64,000 nucleotides of DNA, from NCBI RefSeq assembly GCF_024223415.1, contig NZ_CP100502.1. One strand, written 5' to 3'. The notes beneath the pieces were generated by a model. The model saw only the letters and a list, made by a program, of their open reading frames with translations, was not told where the DNA came from and ran no database searches. Position numbers and translations under genes: made by a program. Shown here in pieces: positions 1 to 11,208 of the stretch (within the stretch, counting starts at the first letter, position 1; each line of letters opens with the position of its first letter). This DNA is from Escherichia coli (lineage in GTDB: Bacteria; Pseudomonadota; Gammaproteobacteria; Enterobacterales; Enterobacteriaceae).

Positions 1-1077
1 GTGTATAAATACACGGCACAATCGCTCCGCCATAAGCGACAGCTTGTGGCAGGTCTGAAGAATACTCCATATAACGCAGTACACTGGAGTCAGTTAGCAC
101 CCGAAGAGCAGATCCGTTTCTGGGAAGACTATGAAGCGGGAAGGGCGACCACTTTCCTGGTTGAACCGGAAAGGAAGCGCACGAAGCGTCGTCGTGGTGA
201 GCACTCCACCAAACCCAAATGCGAAAATCCGTCCTGGTATCGTCCTGAGCGCTATAAGGCGCTGAGCGGGCAGCTCGGGCACGCCTACAACCGTCTGGTG
301 AAAAAGGACCCGGTGACCGGCGAGCAGAGCCTGCGCATGCACATGTCTCTGCATCCTTTTTACGTGCAGAAACGAACGTATGCCGGTCGCAAATATGCTT
401 TCCGTCCGGAAAAACAACGCCTCCTCGATGCCGTCTGGCCGGTTCTGGTCAGCTTCAGTGATGCGGGCACACATACCGTAGGCATGAGTGTTTCCCGTCT
501 GGCCAGAGAAATCAGCCCGAAAGACAGCAAGGGGAAGGTTATTCCGGAACTGGAAGTGACGGTCTCCCGCCTTTCCCGTTTGCTGGCCGAACAGGTACGT
601 TTTGGTGTGCTGGGTGTTTCAGATGAAACCCTGTGGGACCGTGAAACCCGCCAGCGTCTGCCACGCTACGTCTGGATAACACCGGCAGGCTGGCAGATGC
701 TGGGCGTCGACATGGTAAAACTTCACGAACAGCAGCAGAAACGACTGCGTGAAAGTGAAATCCGCCAGCAGCTCATTCGGGAAGGTGTTCTGCGTGAGGA
801 TGAAGATATCTCCGTACATGCGGCCAGAAAACGCTGGTATCTGCAGCGCAGTCAGGATGCGCTGAAACACCGTCGTGCGAAAGCAGCAGCCAGTAAGCGC
901 GCCAGACGCCTGAAGAAACTGCCTGCCGACCAGCAGATTCATGAGATGGCAGAGTATCTCAGGAAGCGTCTGCCTCCGGATGAAGCCTATTTTTGTTCCG
1001 ATGACCATCTGAAGCGAATGGCCATCAGGGAGTTGCGTCAGCTTGAACTGACGCTGGCTGCCCCGCCACCGCACTAA
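1..1077 (+). CDS. Replication initiation protein, RepA/RepZ family (I-complex/IncFII-like replicon); ORF runs from the window edge so the true 5' end is probably upstream
   Basis: 358-aa ORF opening at position 1 with GTG; Arg/Lys-rich C-terminal half typical of RepA1/RepZ initiators; followed by hairpin-rich non-coding DNA; neighbouring backbone (cib, nikAB, trbABC, pnd) is IncI1-like. Confidence 0.55.
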   Translation: MYKYTAQSLRHKRQLVAGLKNTPYNAVHWSQLAPEEQIRFWEDYEAGRATTFLVEPERKRTKRRRGEHSTKPKCENPSWYRPERYKALSGQLGHAYNRLVKKDPVTGEQSLRMHMSLHPFYVQKRTYAGRKYAFRPEKQRLLDAVWPVLVSFSDAGTHTVGMSVSRLAREISPKDSKGKVIPELEVTVSRLSRLLAEQVRFGVLGVSDETLWDRETRQRLPRYVWITPAGWQMLGVDMVKLHEQQQKRLRESEIRQQLIREGVLREDEDISVHAARKRWYLQRSQDALKHRRAKAAASKRARRLKKLPADQQIHEMAEYLRKRLPPDEAYFCSDDHLKRMAIRELRQLELTLAAPPPH

Positions 1078-1650
1078 ACAGCACCATTCCCTCAGCACTG
1101 AATCATCACCAGCCCCTCCGGGGCTTTCGGCGCTGGTTCCGCTCAGCCCAAAATCCGCAGTAATCACCTTAAATCCCCTCAGAGGGGCATATCTGCCCAT
1201 AAAACCACGCATCAGTCATCAGAACATGGCCACGTTGTTTCAGTTATCCACATAAATCCGCAAACAAAGAACTTTAAGAAGCTGCAAACCTGAAACAGCA
1301 AACCTGCAATATAGTCTTAACCCCATTATTTAATCCCCTGCGTTGCTTCGCCGCAGGGAAAATCTTTATCTCTGAGACCACTGTGAACAAATACAAAGAG
1401 GCCTTCGCTTGCAGCGGCCAAGGCCGCGCCGCTCAGAATCTAAAAGCACCTCCCACGCTGACGCGCGGGCCCCGAACCTCACCGTTCTGAAACCACAACA
1501 AAAAAACATCAGGAATAAAAACACCACACAAACGCAGCACCGTGCCCACCCCTCATAACTGAAAAGCGAGGCCGCCCCCGCCCAAAGGGCGGGAACAACA
1601 TCGCTTTTAATTATGAATGTTGTAACTACATTTTCATCGCTGTCAGTCTT
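1078..1650. other. Non-coding hairpin-rich region downstream of rep gene (candidate CIS/origin region)
   Basis: No convincing ORF; GC-rich stem-loops at about 1336-1358 (ccctgcg...cgcaggg) and 1577-1593 (cccgccc aaa gggcggg); position matches where I-complex replicons carry CIS/ori. Confidence 0.3.
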
Positions 1651-2099
1651 CTGGCTGGATGTTCTCAGTACACGCTCGTAAGCGGCCCTGACGGCCCGCT
1701 AACGCGGAGATACGCCCCGACTTCGGGTAAACCCTCGTCGGGACCACTCCGACCGCGCACAGAAACTGTCTCATGGCTGAAAGCGGGTATGGCTTAGCAG
1801 GGCTGGGGATGGGTAAGGTGAAATCTATCAATCAGTACCGGCTGACGCCGGGCTTCGGCGGTTTTACTCCGGTATCACATGTAACCACAGCGTGCCGCCT
1901 TCCATGCCGCTGGCGCGGCATATCCTGGACGTATAGGAAATTGAAAAACCAGACGATACCGCTGTCCACGCCTTATGCCACGTGAGCCTTTCTGCTTTTC
2001 CCTCCACTCCGGTGGTTTCTCTCTCTGCATGGTCGATTTTTATACCGTAACAGGCTGTTTTTTATACCTGCACCGATTCCCGGGCACACTTAGCCTGTG

Positions 2100-2900
2100 T
2101 CAGGCCGGCATATACCTCAGCAGACTGATATCCCGCGCGTTTTTCTTCAGCCCTGATACATTCAGCCCCGCAATGGCCCGGCGGTATACCATCCGGCCGC
2201 CACACAGCACGCATTCGAACGGGTCACGACTCAGGAACTGTTTCACCATTTGTGCATAGCACACTTTCGCCACTGGTTCCGGCTTATCCATCCCCAGAGC
2301 ACGGTACACCTGCGGCAGCTTCTCTCCACACACCCGGTTGGCAAGGAACCCGAAGTATCTCACCATCTTAAAAAACTTCTCCGGGATGTGCTGTTTCAGC
2401 CTCGCGACCAGCTCCCGCTGTGTCAGCGTTTCCGTCGCCGTTTCTCCCGTTTTGTGGTCCAGGTAACGGAAGCTCAGACTCGCTCCTCCGTTGTAATGCG
2501 CCAGCCGGGAAGCCGCTATTGGTGGCTTCTTCAGATAACGACCCAGGTAGCGTGCCGTATTCCGCCCTCCGGCTGTCTTCTTCGACATGTACACATGCCA
2601 GTATTTTCCGCCGGCTTTCAGCACCAGGCTTCTCCACTGTGATTCCGTCGTGATATGTGACAACGATTCCGGCATCGCCAGACCTTCTGACCACGCTTTC
2701 AGAAGCAGCTGCCGCATATTCCACATCCACCGCGAACGCATCGCGTCTTTCAGGAAGCTCAGCTTTTTCCAGTGTCCGTGTTTATTCAGACCTCCGCAGG
2801 TCACTGACACATGCACATGCGGATGCCAGTTGAGACGACGGCCATACGTATGGATGGCGCAGAAGATACCGGGTTCCAGACCCCGTTTCCGGGCTGCATA
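2100..2900 (-). pseudogene. tnpA: IS91-family (rolling-circle, ISCR-like) transposase, C-terminal segment of a gene split by the Tn2-bounded insertion
   Basis: Reading frame continues upstream of the listed ORF to the insertion point; contains HTYGRRLNWHPHVH (HUH) and ARYLGRY (tyrosine) motifs; joins in frame with the 14248-14660 segment across the target duplication. Confidence 0.8.
2896..2900. repeat. 5-bp target site duplication GCATA (left copy)
   Basis: Identical pentamer directly flanks the outer ends of the two Tn2-type terminal inverted repeats (2896-2900 and 14248-14252). Confidence 0.8.
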
Positions 2901-2965
2901 GGGGTCTGACGCTCAGTGGAACGAAAACTCACGTTAAGGGATTTTGGTCATGAGATTATCAAAAA
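2901..2965. mobile_element. Tn2/Tn3 IRR-end fragment (38-bp inverted repeat at 2901-2938 plus 27 bp of adjacent Tn2 sequence)
   Basis: GGGGTCTGACGCTCAGTGGAACGAAAACTCACGTTAAG followed by GGATTTTGGTCATGAGATTATCAAAAAGG, identical to the bla-proximal end at 9298-9362. Confidence 0.85.
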
Positions 2966-3003
2966 GGGGAGCCCGCAGAATTCGGAAAAAATCGTACGCT
3001 AAG
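2966..3003. repeat. 38-bp terminal inverted repeat of a Tn21-subgroup transposon (Tn1721/Tn501-like, contains GAATTC)
   Basis: GGGGAGCCCGCAGAATTCGGAAAAAATCGTACGCTAAG overlapping the tnpA stop codon, as in Tn21-family elements. Confidence 0.7.
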
Positions 3004-5965
3004 GTTTTCCGGGCATCCGTAAGGGCCGAAACTTCCCGTCTTCCAGTCTGCGGCTCTGCCGCCAGACGTAATCGCCGGTTAGGTTGATGTGCTCCCAGCC
3101 CAGCGGCGACAGGAATTGCAGCAGCTCGCCGTCCACCGGCTTGCCGGCCTCGACCAACCCCTGGGTGGCGCGTTCCAGGTACACCGTGTTCCACAGCACG
3201 ATAGCCGCCGTCACCAGGTTGAGGCCGCTGGCCCGGTAGCGCTGCTGCTCGAAGCTCCGATCCCTGATTTCCCCAAGGCGGTTGAAGAACACCGCCCTGG
3301 CCAGCGAGTTGCGCGCCTCACCTTTGTTCAGGCCGGCATGCACGCGGCGGCGCAGTTCAACACTTTGCAGCCAGTCCAGGATGAACAGCGTGCGCTCGAT
3401 CCGGCCCAGCTCGCGCAGGGCCACGGCCAGTCCGTTCTGGCGCGGGTAGCTGCCGAGCTTGCGCAGCATCAGCGAGGCGGTGACGGTGCCCTGCTTGATC
3501 GAGCTGGCCAGGCGCAGGATGTCGTCCCAGTGGGCACGCACGTGCTTGATGTTCAGGGTGCCGCCGATCAGCGGGCGCAACGTCGGGTAGGCTTGCACGC
3601 CCTGCGGCACGTACAGCTTGGTTTCGCCGAGGTCGCGGATGCGCGGCGCGAAGCGGAAGCCTAGCAGGTGCATCAGGGCAAAGACGTGATCGGTGAAGCC
3701 GGCCGTGTCGGTGTAGTGCTCCTCGATCCGCAGGTCGGACTCGTGGTACAGCAGGCCGTCGAGCACATAGGTGGAATCGCGGACGCCGACATTCACCACG
3801 CGGGTGCTGAACGGCGCGTACTGGTCGGAGATATGGGTATAGAACAGCCGTCCCGGCTCGCTACCGTACTTCGGGTTGACGTGCCCGGTGCTCTCGCCCC
3901 GGCCACCCGCGCGGAAGCGCTGGCCATCGGAGGATGAGGTCGTGCCGTCGCCCCAGTGGGCGGCAAAGGCGTGGCGATACTGGTGGTTGACCAGCTCGGC
4001 CAAGGCCGCCGAATAGGTTTCGTCGCGGATGTGCCAGGCTTGCAGCCAGGACAGCTTGGCGTAGGTCAGGCCGGGGCTCGACTCGGCCATCTTGGTCAGC
4101 CCGAGGTTGATCGCATCACCGAGGATTGCGGACAGCAGCAACGTCCTGTCTTTGGCCTCGGCCCCGTCCTTCAAGTGGGTGAAGTGGCGGCTGAAGCCCG
4201 TCCAGTCGTCCACGTCCATCAGCAGTTCGGTGATCTTGATGCGCGGCAGTAACTGGCTGGTTTGGTCGATCAGCGCCTGCGCCCGATCCGGCACCGCCGC
4301 ATCCAGCGGGGTGATTTTCAGCCCTGACTCGGTGAGGATGGCATCGGGCAGCTCGTTGTCCTTGGCCAGGCGGGTGACGGTGGCCAACTGCTCGTCCAGC
4401 AGCTGCAAACGCTCTTCCAGGTACTGGTCGCTGTTCGGGTTGATCGCCAGGGGCAGGGCCTGCTCGCGCTTGAGTGCGGCGAACTTCTCGGCCGGCAGCA
4501 GGTAGTCGTCGAAGTCGCGGAACTGCCGCGAGCCCTTGACCCAGATGTCGCCGGAGCGCAGGGCGTTCTTCAGCTCGGACAGGGCGCAGATTTCGTAGAA
4601 TTTCCGGTCGAGGCCTTCCGGGGTGATCACCAGCGGCTTCCAGCGCGGCTTGATGAAGGCCGTGGGTGCATCGGCCGGCACCTTGCGCAGGTTGTCGGCG
4701 TTCATCTCACGCAGGGTCTGCACGGCTGCCAGCACGCCTTGCGCGGCCGGCGCGGCGCGCAGTTCCAGCACCTCCAGCAAGGCCGGCGTGTAACGGCGCA
4801 GGGTGGCGAAGTTCTCGCCGACCAGGTGCAGGTGGTCGAAGCCTTCCGGCCGGGCCAGCAGCTCGGCCTCGCTGACGCTCTCGGTGAACTCGTCCCAGGG
4901 AATCACCGCCTCGATGGCGGCATAGGGGTCGCTGCCGCTTTCCTTCGCTTCCAGCAGCGCCTGGCCGATCCTGGAGTACAGGCGCACCTTGTCGTTGATC
5001 GCCTTGCCCTGCTTCTGGAACTGCTGCTGATGCTTGTGCTTCGCGCCGCTGAACAGCTTGACCAGGATGCGGTCATGCAGATCGACCAGCTCATCGATCA
5101 CGGTCGCGGTGCTCTCCAGCACCACGGCGGCCAGGGTCGCGTAGCGGCGCTGCGGCTCGAACTTACCGAGGTCTTTGGGCGTCATCTGCCCACCCTCGCG
5201 GGCCAGCTTGAGCAGGCGGTTCTGGTGGATGTGCCGGCCCAGGCCTTCGGGCAAGTCCACCAACTGAAATGTCTTCAGCCGCTCGATGTGTTCCAGCATG
5301 TGCCGAGAGTTGGGTTTCAGCGGTGCCTGGCGCAGCCAGGTCAACCAGGTGATGCTGCTGCCGGCCTTGAGCTTCAACAGCTCGTCCAGCTTGGCCCGAT
5401 GCGAGTCCGTGAGTGGTTCGACCAGGGCGCGGTAGACCCGCCGATTGGCTCGCGCAATGGCTTCCGAGCAGGCCCGGTCAATCACGCTCAGCGCCGGCAG
5501 GATGCGTCGTTTCTGCCGTAGGCTCTCCAGGGCCTGACCGGCCAGCAGCAAGCCTTTGTCGGTCTGCTGGGCCAGCTCGGTTAGCTCGCGCACCAGGGCG
5601 CGGAAGTCGGACAGGCCGAACGGGGCCAGTTGCAGGTAGGTGCGCAGTTCCTGGGCATGCTCGCGACGGGTCACGTCGCGCTCGCCGTACTTTGCCCAGC
5701 TCGCCGGCTCGGCCTGGACTTGCTTCGCCACCCACAGGATGACCGGCTCGGGCAGCTCGCTGTCGGTTCCCAGCGCGTAACCGGGGTAGCGCAGCAGGCA
5801 GAGCTGCACGGCGAAGCCGAGGCGGTTGGCGTCGCCGCGTCGCTGGCGGATCAGCGACAGGTCGGAGTCGTTGAAGGTGTAGTAGCGGATCAGGTCATCC
5901 TGGCTTTCCGGCAGCGCAAGCAGGGTGTCCCGCTCCGTGGCCGAGAGGATCAAGCGACGCGGCAT
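2999..5965 (-). CDS. tnpA: Tn3-family transposase, Tn21 subgroup
   Basis: 988-aa ORF, recognised as Tn21/Tn1721-type TnpA by recall; immediately upstream of tnpR and res. Confidence 0.9.
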   Translation of the reverse strand: MPRRLILSATERDTLLALPESQDDLIRYYTFNDSDLSLIRQRRGDANRLGFAVQLCLLRYPGYALGTDSELPEPVILWVAKQVQAEPASWAKYGERDVTRREHAQELRTYLQLAPFGLSDFRALVRELTELAQQTDKGLLLAGQALESLRQKRRILPALSVIDRACSEAIARANRRVYRALVEPLTDSHRAKLDELLKLKAGSSITWLTWLRQAPLKPNSRHMLEHIERLKTFQLVDLPEGLGRHIHQNRLLKLAREGGQMTPKDLGKFEPQRRYATLAAVVLESTATVIDELVDLHDRILVKLFSGAKHKHQQQFQKQGKAINDKVRLYSRIGQALLEAKESGSDPYAAIEAVIPWDEFTESVSEAELLARPEGFDHLHLVGENFATLRRYTPALLEVLELRAAPAAQGVLAAVQTLREMNADNLRKVPADAPTAFIKPRWKPLVITPEGLDRKFYEICALSELKNALRSGDIWVKGSRQFRDFDDYLLPAEKFAALKREQALPLAINPNSDQYLEERLQLLDEQLATVTRLAKDNELPDAILTESGLKITPLDAAVPDRAQALIDQTSQLLPRIKITELLMDVDDWTGFSRHFTHLKDGAEAKDRTLLLSAILGDAINLGLTKMAESSPGLTYAKLSWLQAWHIRDETYSAALAELVNHQYRHAFAAHWGDGTTSSSDGQRFRAGGRGESTGHVNPKYGSEPGRLFYTHISDQYAPFSTRVVNVGVRDSTYVLDGLLYHESDLRIEEHYTDTAGFTDHVFALMHLLGFRFAPRIRDLGETKLYVPQGVQAYPTLRPLIGGTLNIKHVRAHWDDILRLASSIKQGTVTASLMLRKLGSYPRQNGLAVALRELGRIERTLFILDWLQSVELRRRVHAGLNKGEARNSLARAVFFNRLGEIRDRSFEQQRYRASGLNLVTAAIVLWNTVYLERATQGLVEAGKPVDGELLQFLSPLGWEHINLTGDYVWRQSRRLEDGKFRPLRMPGKP

Positions 5966-5968
5966 GTG

Positions 5969-6529
5969 TCAGTCGTCCGTGCGGAGGTACTGGTAGAGGG
6001 TTTCCCGGCTGATGTTGAACTCGCGGGCAAGCTGCGCCTTGGGCTCGCCGGCCGTCGCTCGCTGCCGCAGGGTAGCAGCCTGCTCATCGGACAGGGCTTT
6101 CTTGCGGCCCCGGTACGCGCCACGCTGCTTGGCCAAGGCGATGCCCTCACGCTGCCGCTCGCGGATCAGGGCGCGCTCGAACTCAGCGAAGGCCCCCATC
6201 ACCGACAGCATCAGGTTGGCCATCGGCGAGTCCTCGCCAGTGAACACCAGGCCCTCCTTCAGGAACTCGATGCGCACGCCGCGCTGAGTCAGCTTCTGTA
6301 CCAAGCGACGCAGGTCATCGAGGTTGCGGGCCAGCCGATCCATGCTGTGCACCACCACTGTATCGCCTTCGCGGACGAAGCTCAGCAGCGCTTCGAGCTG
6401 GGGGCGCTGGGTGTCCTTGCCCGATGCCTTGTCGGTGAACACCTTGCTCACCTGGGTTTGTTCCAGCTGGCGTTCCGGGTTCTGGTCAAAGCTGCTGACC
6501 CGGACGTAGCCGATGCGGTGCCCCTGCAC
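5969..6529 (-). CDS. tnpR: Serine resolvase of Tn21-subgroup transposon
   Basis: 186-aa ORF beginning MQGHRIGYVRVSS with catalytic serine motif and C-terminal HTH. Confidence 0.9.
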   Translation of the reverse strand: MQGHRIGYVRVSSFDQNPERQLEQTQVSKVFTDKASGKDTQRPQLEALLSFVREGDTVVVHSMDRLARNLDDLRRLVQKLTQRGVRIEFLKEGLVFTGEDSPMANLMLSVMGAFAEFERALIRERQREGIALAKQRGAYRGRKKALSDEQAATLRQRATAGEPKAQLAREFNISRETLYQYLRTDD

Positions 6530-6704
6530 GATGTCTCCTTGGTTGAAGGCGGCTTAAGTGCACTTTCTGTTCCGTTGTGCCTCAAAGCCCATTTCTGTCA
6601 GGCTGAAATCTATAACCTTCGCGGGCATGTGTCAAAAAATGGGAAAGCAGACTCTATTCTGACGAAGCGGCGCGGCCCTGCCTGACATCAAGTTAGGGTA
6701 TGCC
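6530..6704. promoter_or_regulatory. res (resolution) site region of the Tn21-like transposon
   Basis: Position between tnpR start and tnpM, as in Tn21; subsites not mapped. Confidence 0.5.
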
Positions 6705-7055
6705 TCAACCTGACGGCGGCGAATCACAAGCGTCCGGTTTGACGCTGGTTTCGGTCGCAGTGCTGGCCCGCGCCTGGAAGCGCTGATAGCACTCCAGCCC
6801 GCAGAAATGCTCCACGTACTCGGCCCCTTCCGGCGTGAAGGCGGCATCGAGCGGGATTTCCTTGCAGCACACGCAGCAACTGGTGCTCGGTTCATTGGCG
6901 TTCATGGTGGTGTTCCTCCATTGGTTGACGAAGCCGACGAAGGCCGCCGCCGGCATCGGCCTGGCGAACAGGAAACCCTGCACCGTGTCGCAACCCGCCT
7001 GCCGCAACCACGCAAGGCAGTCGGGTGTTTCCACACCCTCGGCTACCACCTCCAT
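6705..7055 (-). CDS. tnpM: TnpM (urf2M) of Tn21, start codon abutting integron IRi
   Basis: 116-aa C-terminal part of listed ORF beginning [21 protein letters not shown]; start lies directly against IRi at 7056. Confidence 0.6.
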
Positions 7056-7080
7056 TGTCGTTTTCAGAAGACGGCTGCAC
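7056..7080. repeat. IRi, 25-bp inverted repeat marking the intI1 end of a class 1 integron
   Basis: TGTCGTTTTCAGAAGACGGCTGCAC. Confidence 0.8.
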
Positions 7081-7257
7081 TGAACGTCAGAAGCCGACTG
7101 CACTATAGCAGCGGAGGGGTTGGATCCATCAGGCAACGACGGGCTGCTGCCGGCCATCAGCGGACGCAGGGAGGACTTTCCGCAACCGGCCGTTCGATGC
7201 GGCACCGATGGCCTTCGCGCAGGGGTAGTGAATCCGCCAGGATTGACTTGCGCTGCC

Positions 7258-8271
7258 CTACCTCTCACTAGTGAGGGGCGGCAGCGCATCAAGCGGTGAG
7301 CGCACTCCGGCACCGCCAACTTTCAGCACATGCGTGTAAATCATCGTCGTAGAGACGTCGGAATGGCCGAGCAGATCCTGCACGGTTCGAATGTCGTAAC
7401 CGCTGCGGAGCAAGGCCGTCGCGAACGAGTGGCGGAGGGTGTGCGGTGTGGCGGGCTTCGTGATGCCTGCTTGTTCTACGGCACGTTTGAAGGCGCGCTG
7501 AAAGGTCTGGTCATACATGTGATGGCGACGCACGACACCGCTCCGTGGATCGGTCGAATGCGTGTGCTGCGCAAAAACCCAGAACCACGGCCAGGAATGC
7601 CCGGCGCGCGGATACTTCCGCTCAAGGGCGTCGGGAAGCGCAACGCCGCTGCGGCCCTCGGCCTGGTCCTTCAGCCACCATGCCCGTGCACGCGACAGCT
7701 GCTCGCGCAGGCTGGGTGCCAAGCTCTCGGGTAACATCAAGGCCCGATCCTTGGAGCCCTTGCCCTCCCGCACGATGATCGTGCCGTGATCGAAATCCAG
7801 ATCCTTGACCCGCAGTTGCAAACCCTCACTGATCCGCATGCCCGTTCCATACAGAAGCTGGGCGAACAAACGATGCTCGCCTTCCAGAAAACCGAGGATG
7901 CGAACCACTTCATCCGGGGTCAGCACCACCGGCAAGCGCCGCGACGGCCGAGGTCTTCCGATCTCCTGAAGCCAGGGCAGATCCGTGCACAGCACCTTGC
8001 CGTAGAAGAACAGCAAGGCCGCCAATGCCTGACGATGCGTGGAGACCGAAACCTTGCGCTCGTTCGCCAGCCAGGACAGAAATGCCTCGACTTCGCTGCT
8101 GCCCAAGGTTGCCGGGTGACGCACACCGTGGAAACGGATGAAGGCACGAACCCAGTGGACATAAGCCTGTTCGGTTCGTAAGCTGTAATGCAAGTAGCGT
8201 ATGCGCTCACGCAACTGGTCCAGAACCTTGACCGAACGCAGCGGTGGTAACGGCGCAGTGGCGGTTTTCAT
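7258..8271 (-). CDS. intI1: Class 1 integron integrase
   Basis: 337-aa ORF beginning [49 protein letters not shown]. Confidence 0.95.
8156..8184 (+). promoter_or_regulatory. Integron cassette promoter Pc, weak variant (-35 TGGACA, 17-bp spacer, -10 TAAGCT); P2 inactive (14-bp spacer between TTGTTA and TACAGT)
   Basis: Hexamers read directly inside the intI1 coding region; no GGG insertion between TTGTTA and TACAGT near 8290. Confidence 0.7.
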
Positions 8272-8289
8272 GGCTTGTTATGACTGTTT

Positions 8290-8410
8290 TTTTGTACAGT
8301 CTATGCCTCGGGCATCCAAGCAGCAAGCGCGTTACGCCGTGGGTCGATGTTTGATGTTATGGAGCAGCAACGATGTTACGCAGCAGGGCAGTCGCCCTAA
8401 AACAAAGTTA
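8290..8410. other. attI1 recombination site region
   Basis: Sequence ending CCCTAAAACAAAGTTA at the cassette boundary upstream of dfrA1. Confidence 0.6.
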
Positions 8411-8427
8411 ACCTCTGAGGAAGAATT

Positions 8428-8901
8428 GTGAAACTATCACTAATGGTAGCTATATCGAAGAATGGAGTTATCGGGAATGGCCCTGATATTCCATGGAGTG
8501 CCAAAGGTGAACAGCTCCTGTTTAAAGCTATTACCTATAACCAATGGCTGTTGGTTGGACGCAAGACTTTTGAATCAATGGGAGCATTACCCAACCGAAA
8601 GTATGCGGTCGTAACACGTTCAAGTTTTACATCTGACAATGAGAACGTAGTGATCTTTCCATCAATTAAAGATGCTTTAACCAACCTAAAGAAAATAACG
8701 GATCATGTCATTGTTTCAGGTGGTGGGGAGATATACAAAAGCCTGATCGATCAAGTAGATACACTACATATATCTACAATAGACATCGAGCCGGAAGGTG
8801 ATGTTTACTTTCCTGAAATCCCCAGCAATTTTAGGCCAGTTTTTACCCAAGACTTCGCCTCTAACATAAATTATAGTTACCAAATCTGGCAAAAGGGTTA
8901 A
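8428..8901 (+). CDS. dfrA1: Trimethoprim-resistant dihydrofolate reductase DfrA1 (gene cassette)
   Basis: 157-aa ORF with GTG start, [52 protein letters not shown]. Confidence 0.9.
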   Translation: MKLSLMVAISKNGVIGNGPDIPWSAKGEQLLFKAITYNQWLLVGRKTFESMGALPNRKYAVVTRSSFTSDNENVVIFPSIKDALTNLKKITDHVIVSGGGEIYKSLIDQVDTLHISTIDIEPEGDVYFPEIPSNFRPVFTQDFASNINYSYQIWQKG

Positions 8902-8993
8902 CAAGTGGCAGCAACGGATTCGCAAACCTGTCACGCCTTTTGTACCAAAAGCCGCGCCAGGTTTGCGATCCGCTGTGCCAGGCGTTAAACATC
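8902..8993. other. attC (59-be) of the dfrA1 cassette
   Basis: Between dfrA1 stop and aadA1 start, ending GTTAAAC core. Confidence 0.5.
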
Positions 8994-9297
8994 ATGAGGG
9001 AAGCGGTGATCGCCGAAGTATCGACTCAACTATCAGAGGTAGTTGGCGTCATCGAGCGCCATCTCGAACCGACGTTGCTGGCCGTACATTTGTACGGCTC
9101 CGCAGTGGATGGCGGCCTGAAGCCACACAGTGATATTGATTTGCTGGTTACGGTGACCGTAAGGCTTGATGAAACAACGCGGCGAGCTTTGATCAACGAC
9201 CTTTTGGAAACTTCGGCTTCCCCTGGAGAGAGCGAGATTCTCCGCGCTGTAGAAGTCACCATTGTTGTGCACGACGACATCATTCCGTGGCGTTATC
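8994..9297 (+). pseudogene. aadA1: aadA1 streptomycin/spectinomycin adenylyltransferase, 3'-truncated (about 101 of 263 codons) by Tn2 IRR
   Basis: Begins MREAVIAEVSTQLSEVVGVIERHLEPTLLAVHLYGSAVDGGLKPHSDIDLL; reading frame runs straight into the Tn2 inverted repeat at 9298. Confidence 0.85.
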
Positions 9298-9335
9298 GGG
9301 GTCTGACGCTCAGTGGAACGAAAACTCACGTTAAG
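9298..9335. repeat. Tn2/Tn3 38-bp terminal inverted repeat (IRR, bla end)
   Basis: GGGGTCTGACGCTCAGTGGAACGAAAACTCACGTTAAG. Confidence 0.9.
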
Positions 9336-9444
9336 GGATTTTGGTCATGAGATTATCAAAAAGGATCTTCACCTAGATCCTTTTAAATTAAAAATGAAGT
9401 TTTAAATCAATCTAAAGTATATATGAGTAAACTTGGTCTGACAG

Positions 9445-10317
<873 letters not shown>

Positions 10318-10487
10318 TCAATATTATTGAAGCATTTACCAGGGTTATTGTCTCATGAGCGGATACATATTTGAATGTATTTAGAAAAATAAACAAATAG
10401 GGGTTCCGCGCACATTTCCCCGAAAAGTGCCACCTGACGTCTAAGAAACCATTATTATCATGACATTAACCTATAAAAATAGGCGTA

Positions 10488-11208
<721 letters not shown>

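Noticed and set aside
1643-2259. Short ORFs (1643-1831, 1773-1985, 1975-2259) between the rep gene and the IS91-family gene
   Set aside because: No ribosome-binding sites, overlapping frames and a region expected to hold origin/CIS and IS-end sequences; not supportable as genes
3089-7319. Numerous ORFs of 60-350 aa on both strands overlapping Tn21-type tnpA, tnpR and intI1 (for example 3089-3664, 4739-5521, 5630-6685, 6807-7271)
   Set aside because: GC-rich DNA yields long open frames by chance; all are antisense to or out of frame with well-recognised genes and have Arg/Ala/Pro-rich low-complexity translations
8940-9350. 136-aa ORF suggesting a longer aadA-like protein
   Set aside because: The first 18 codons lie in the dfrA1 attC and the last 18 are read-through into the Tn2 inverted repeat; the real gene is a truncated aadA1 (8994-9297)
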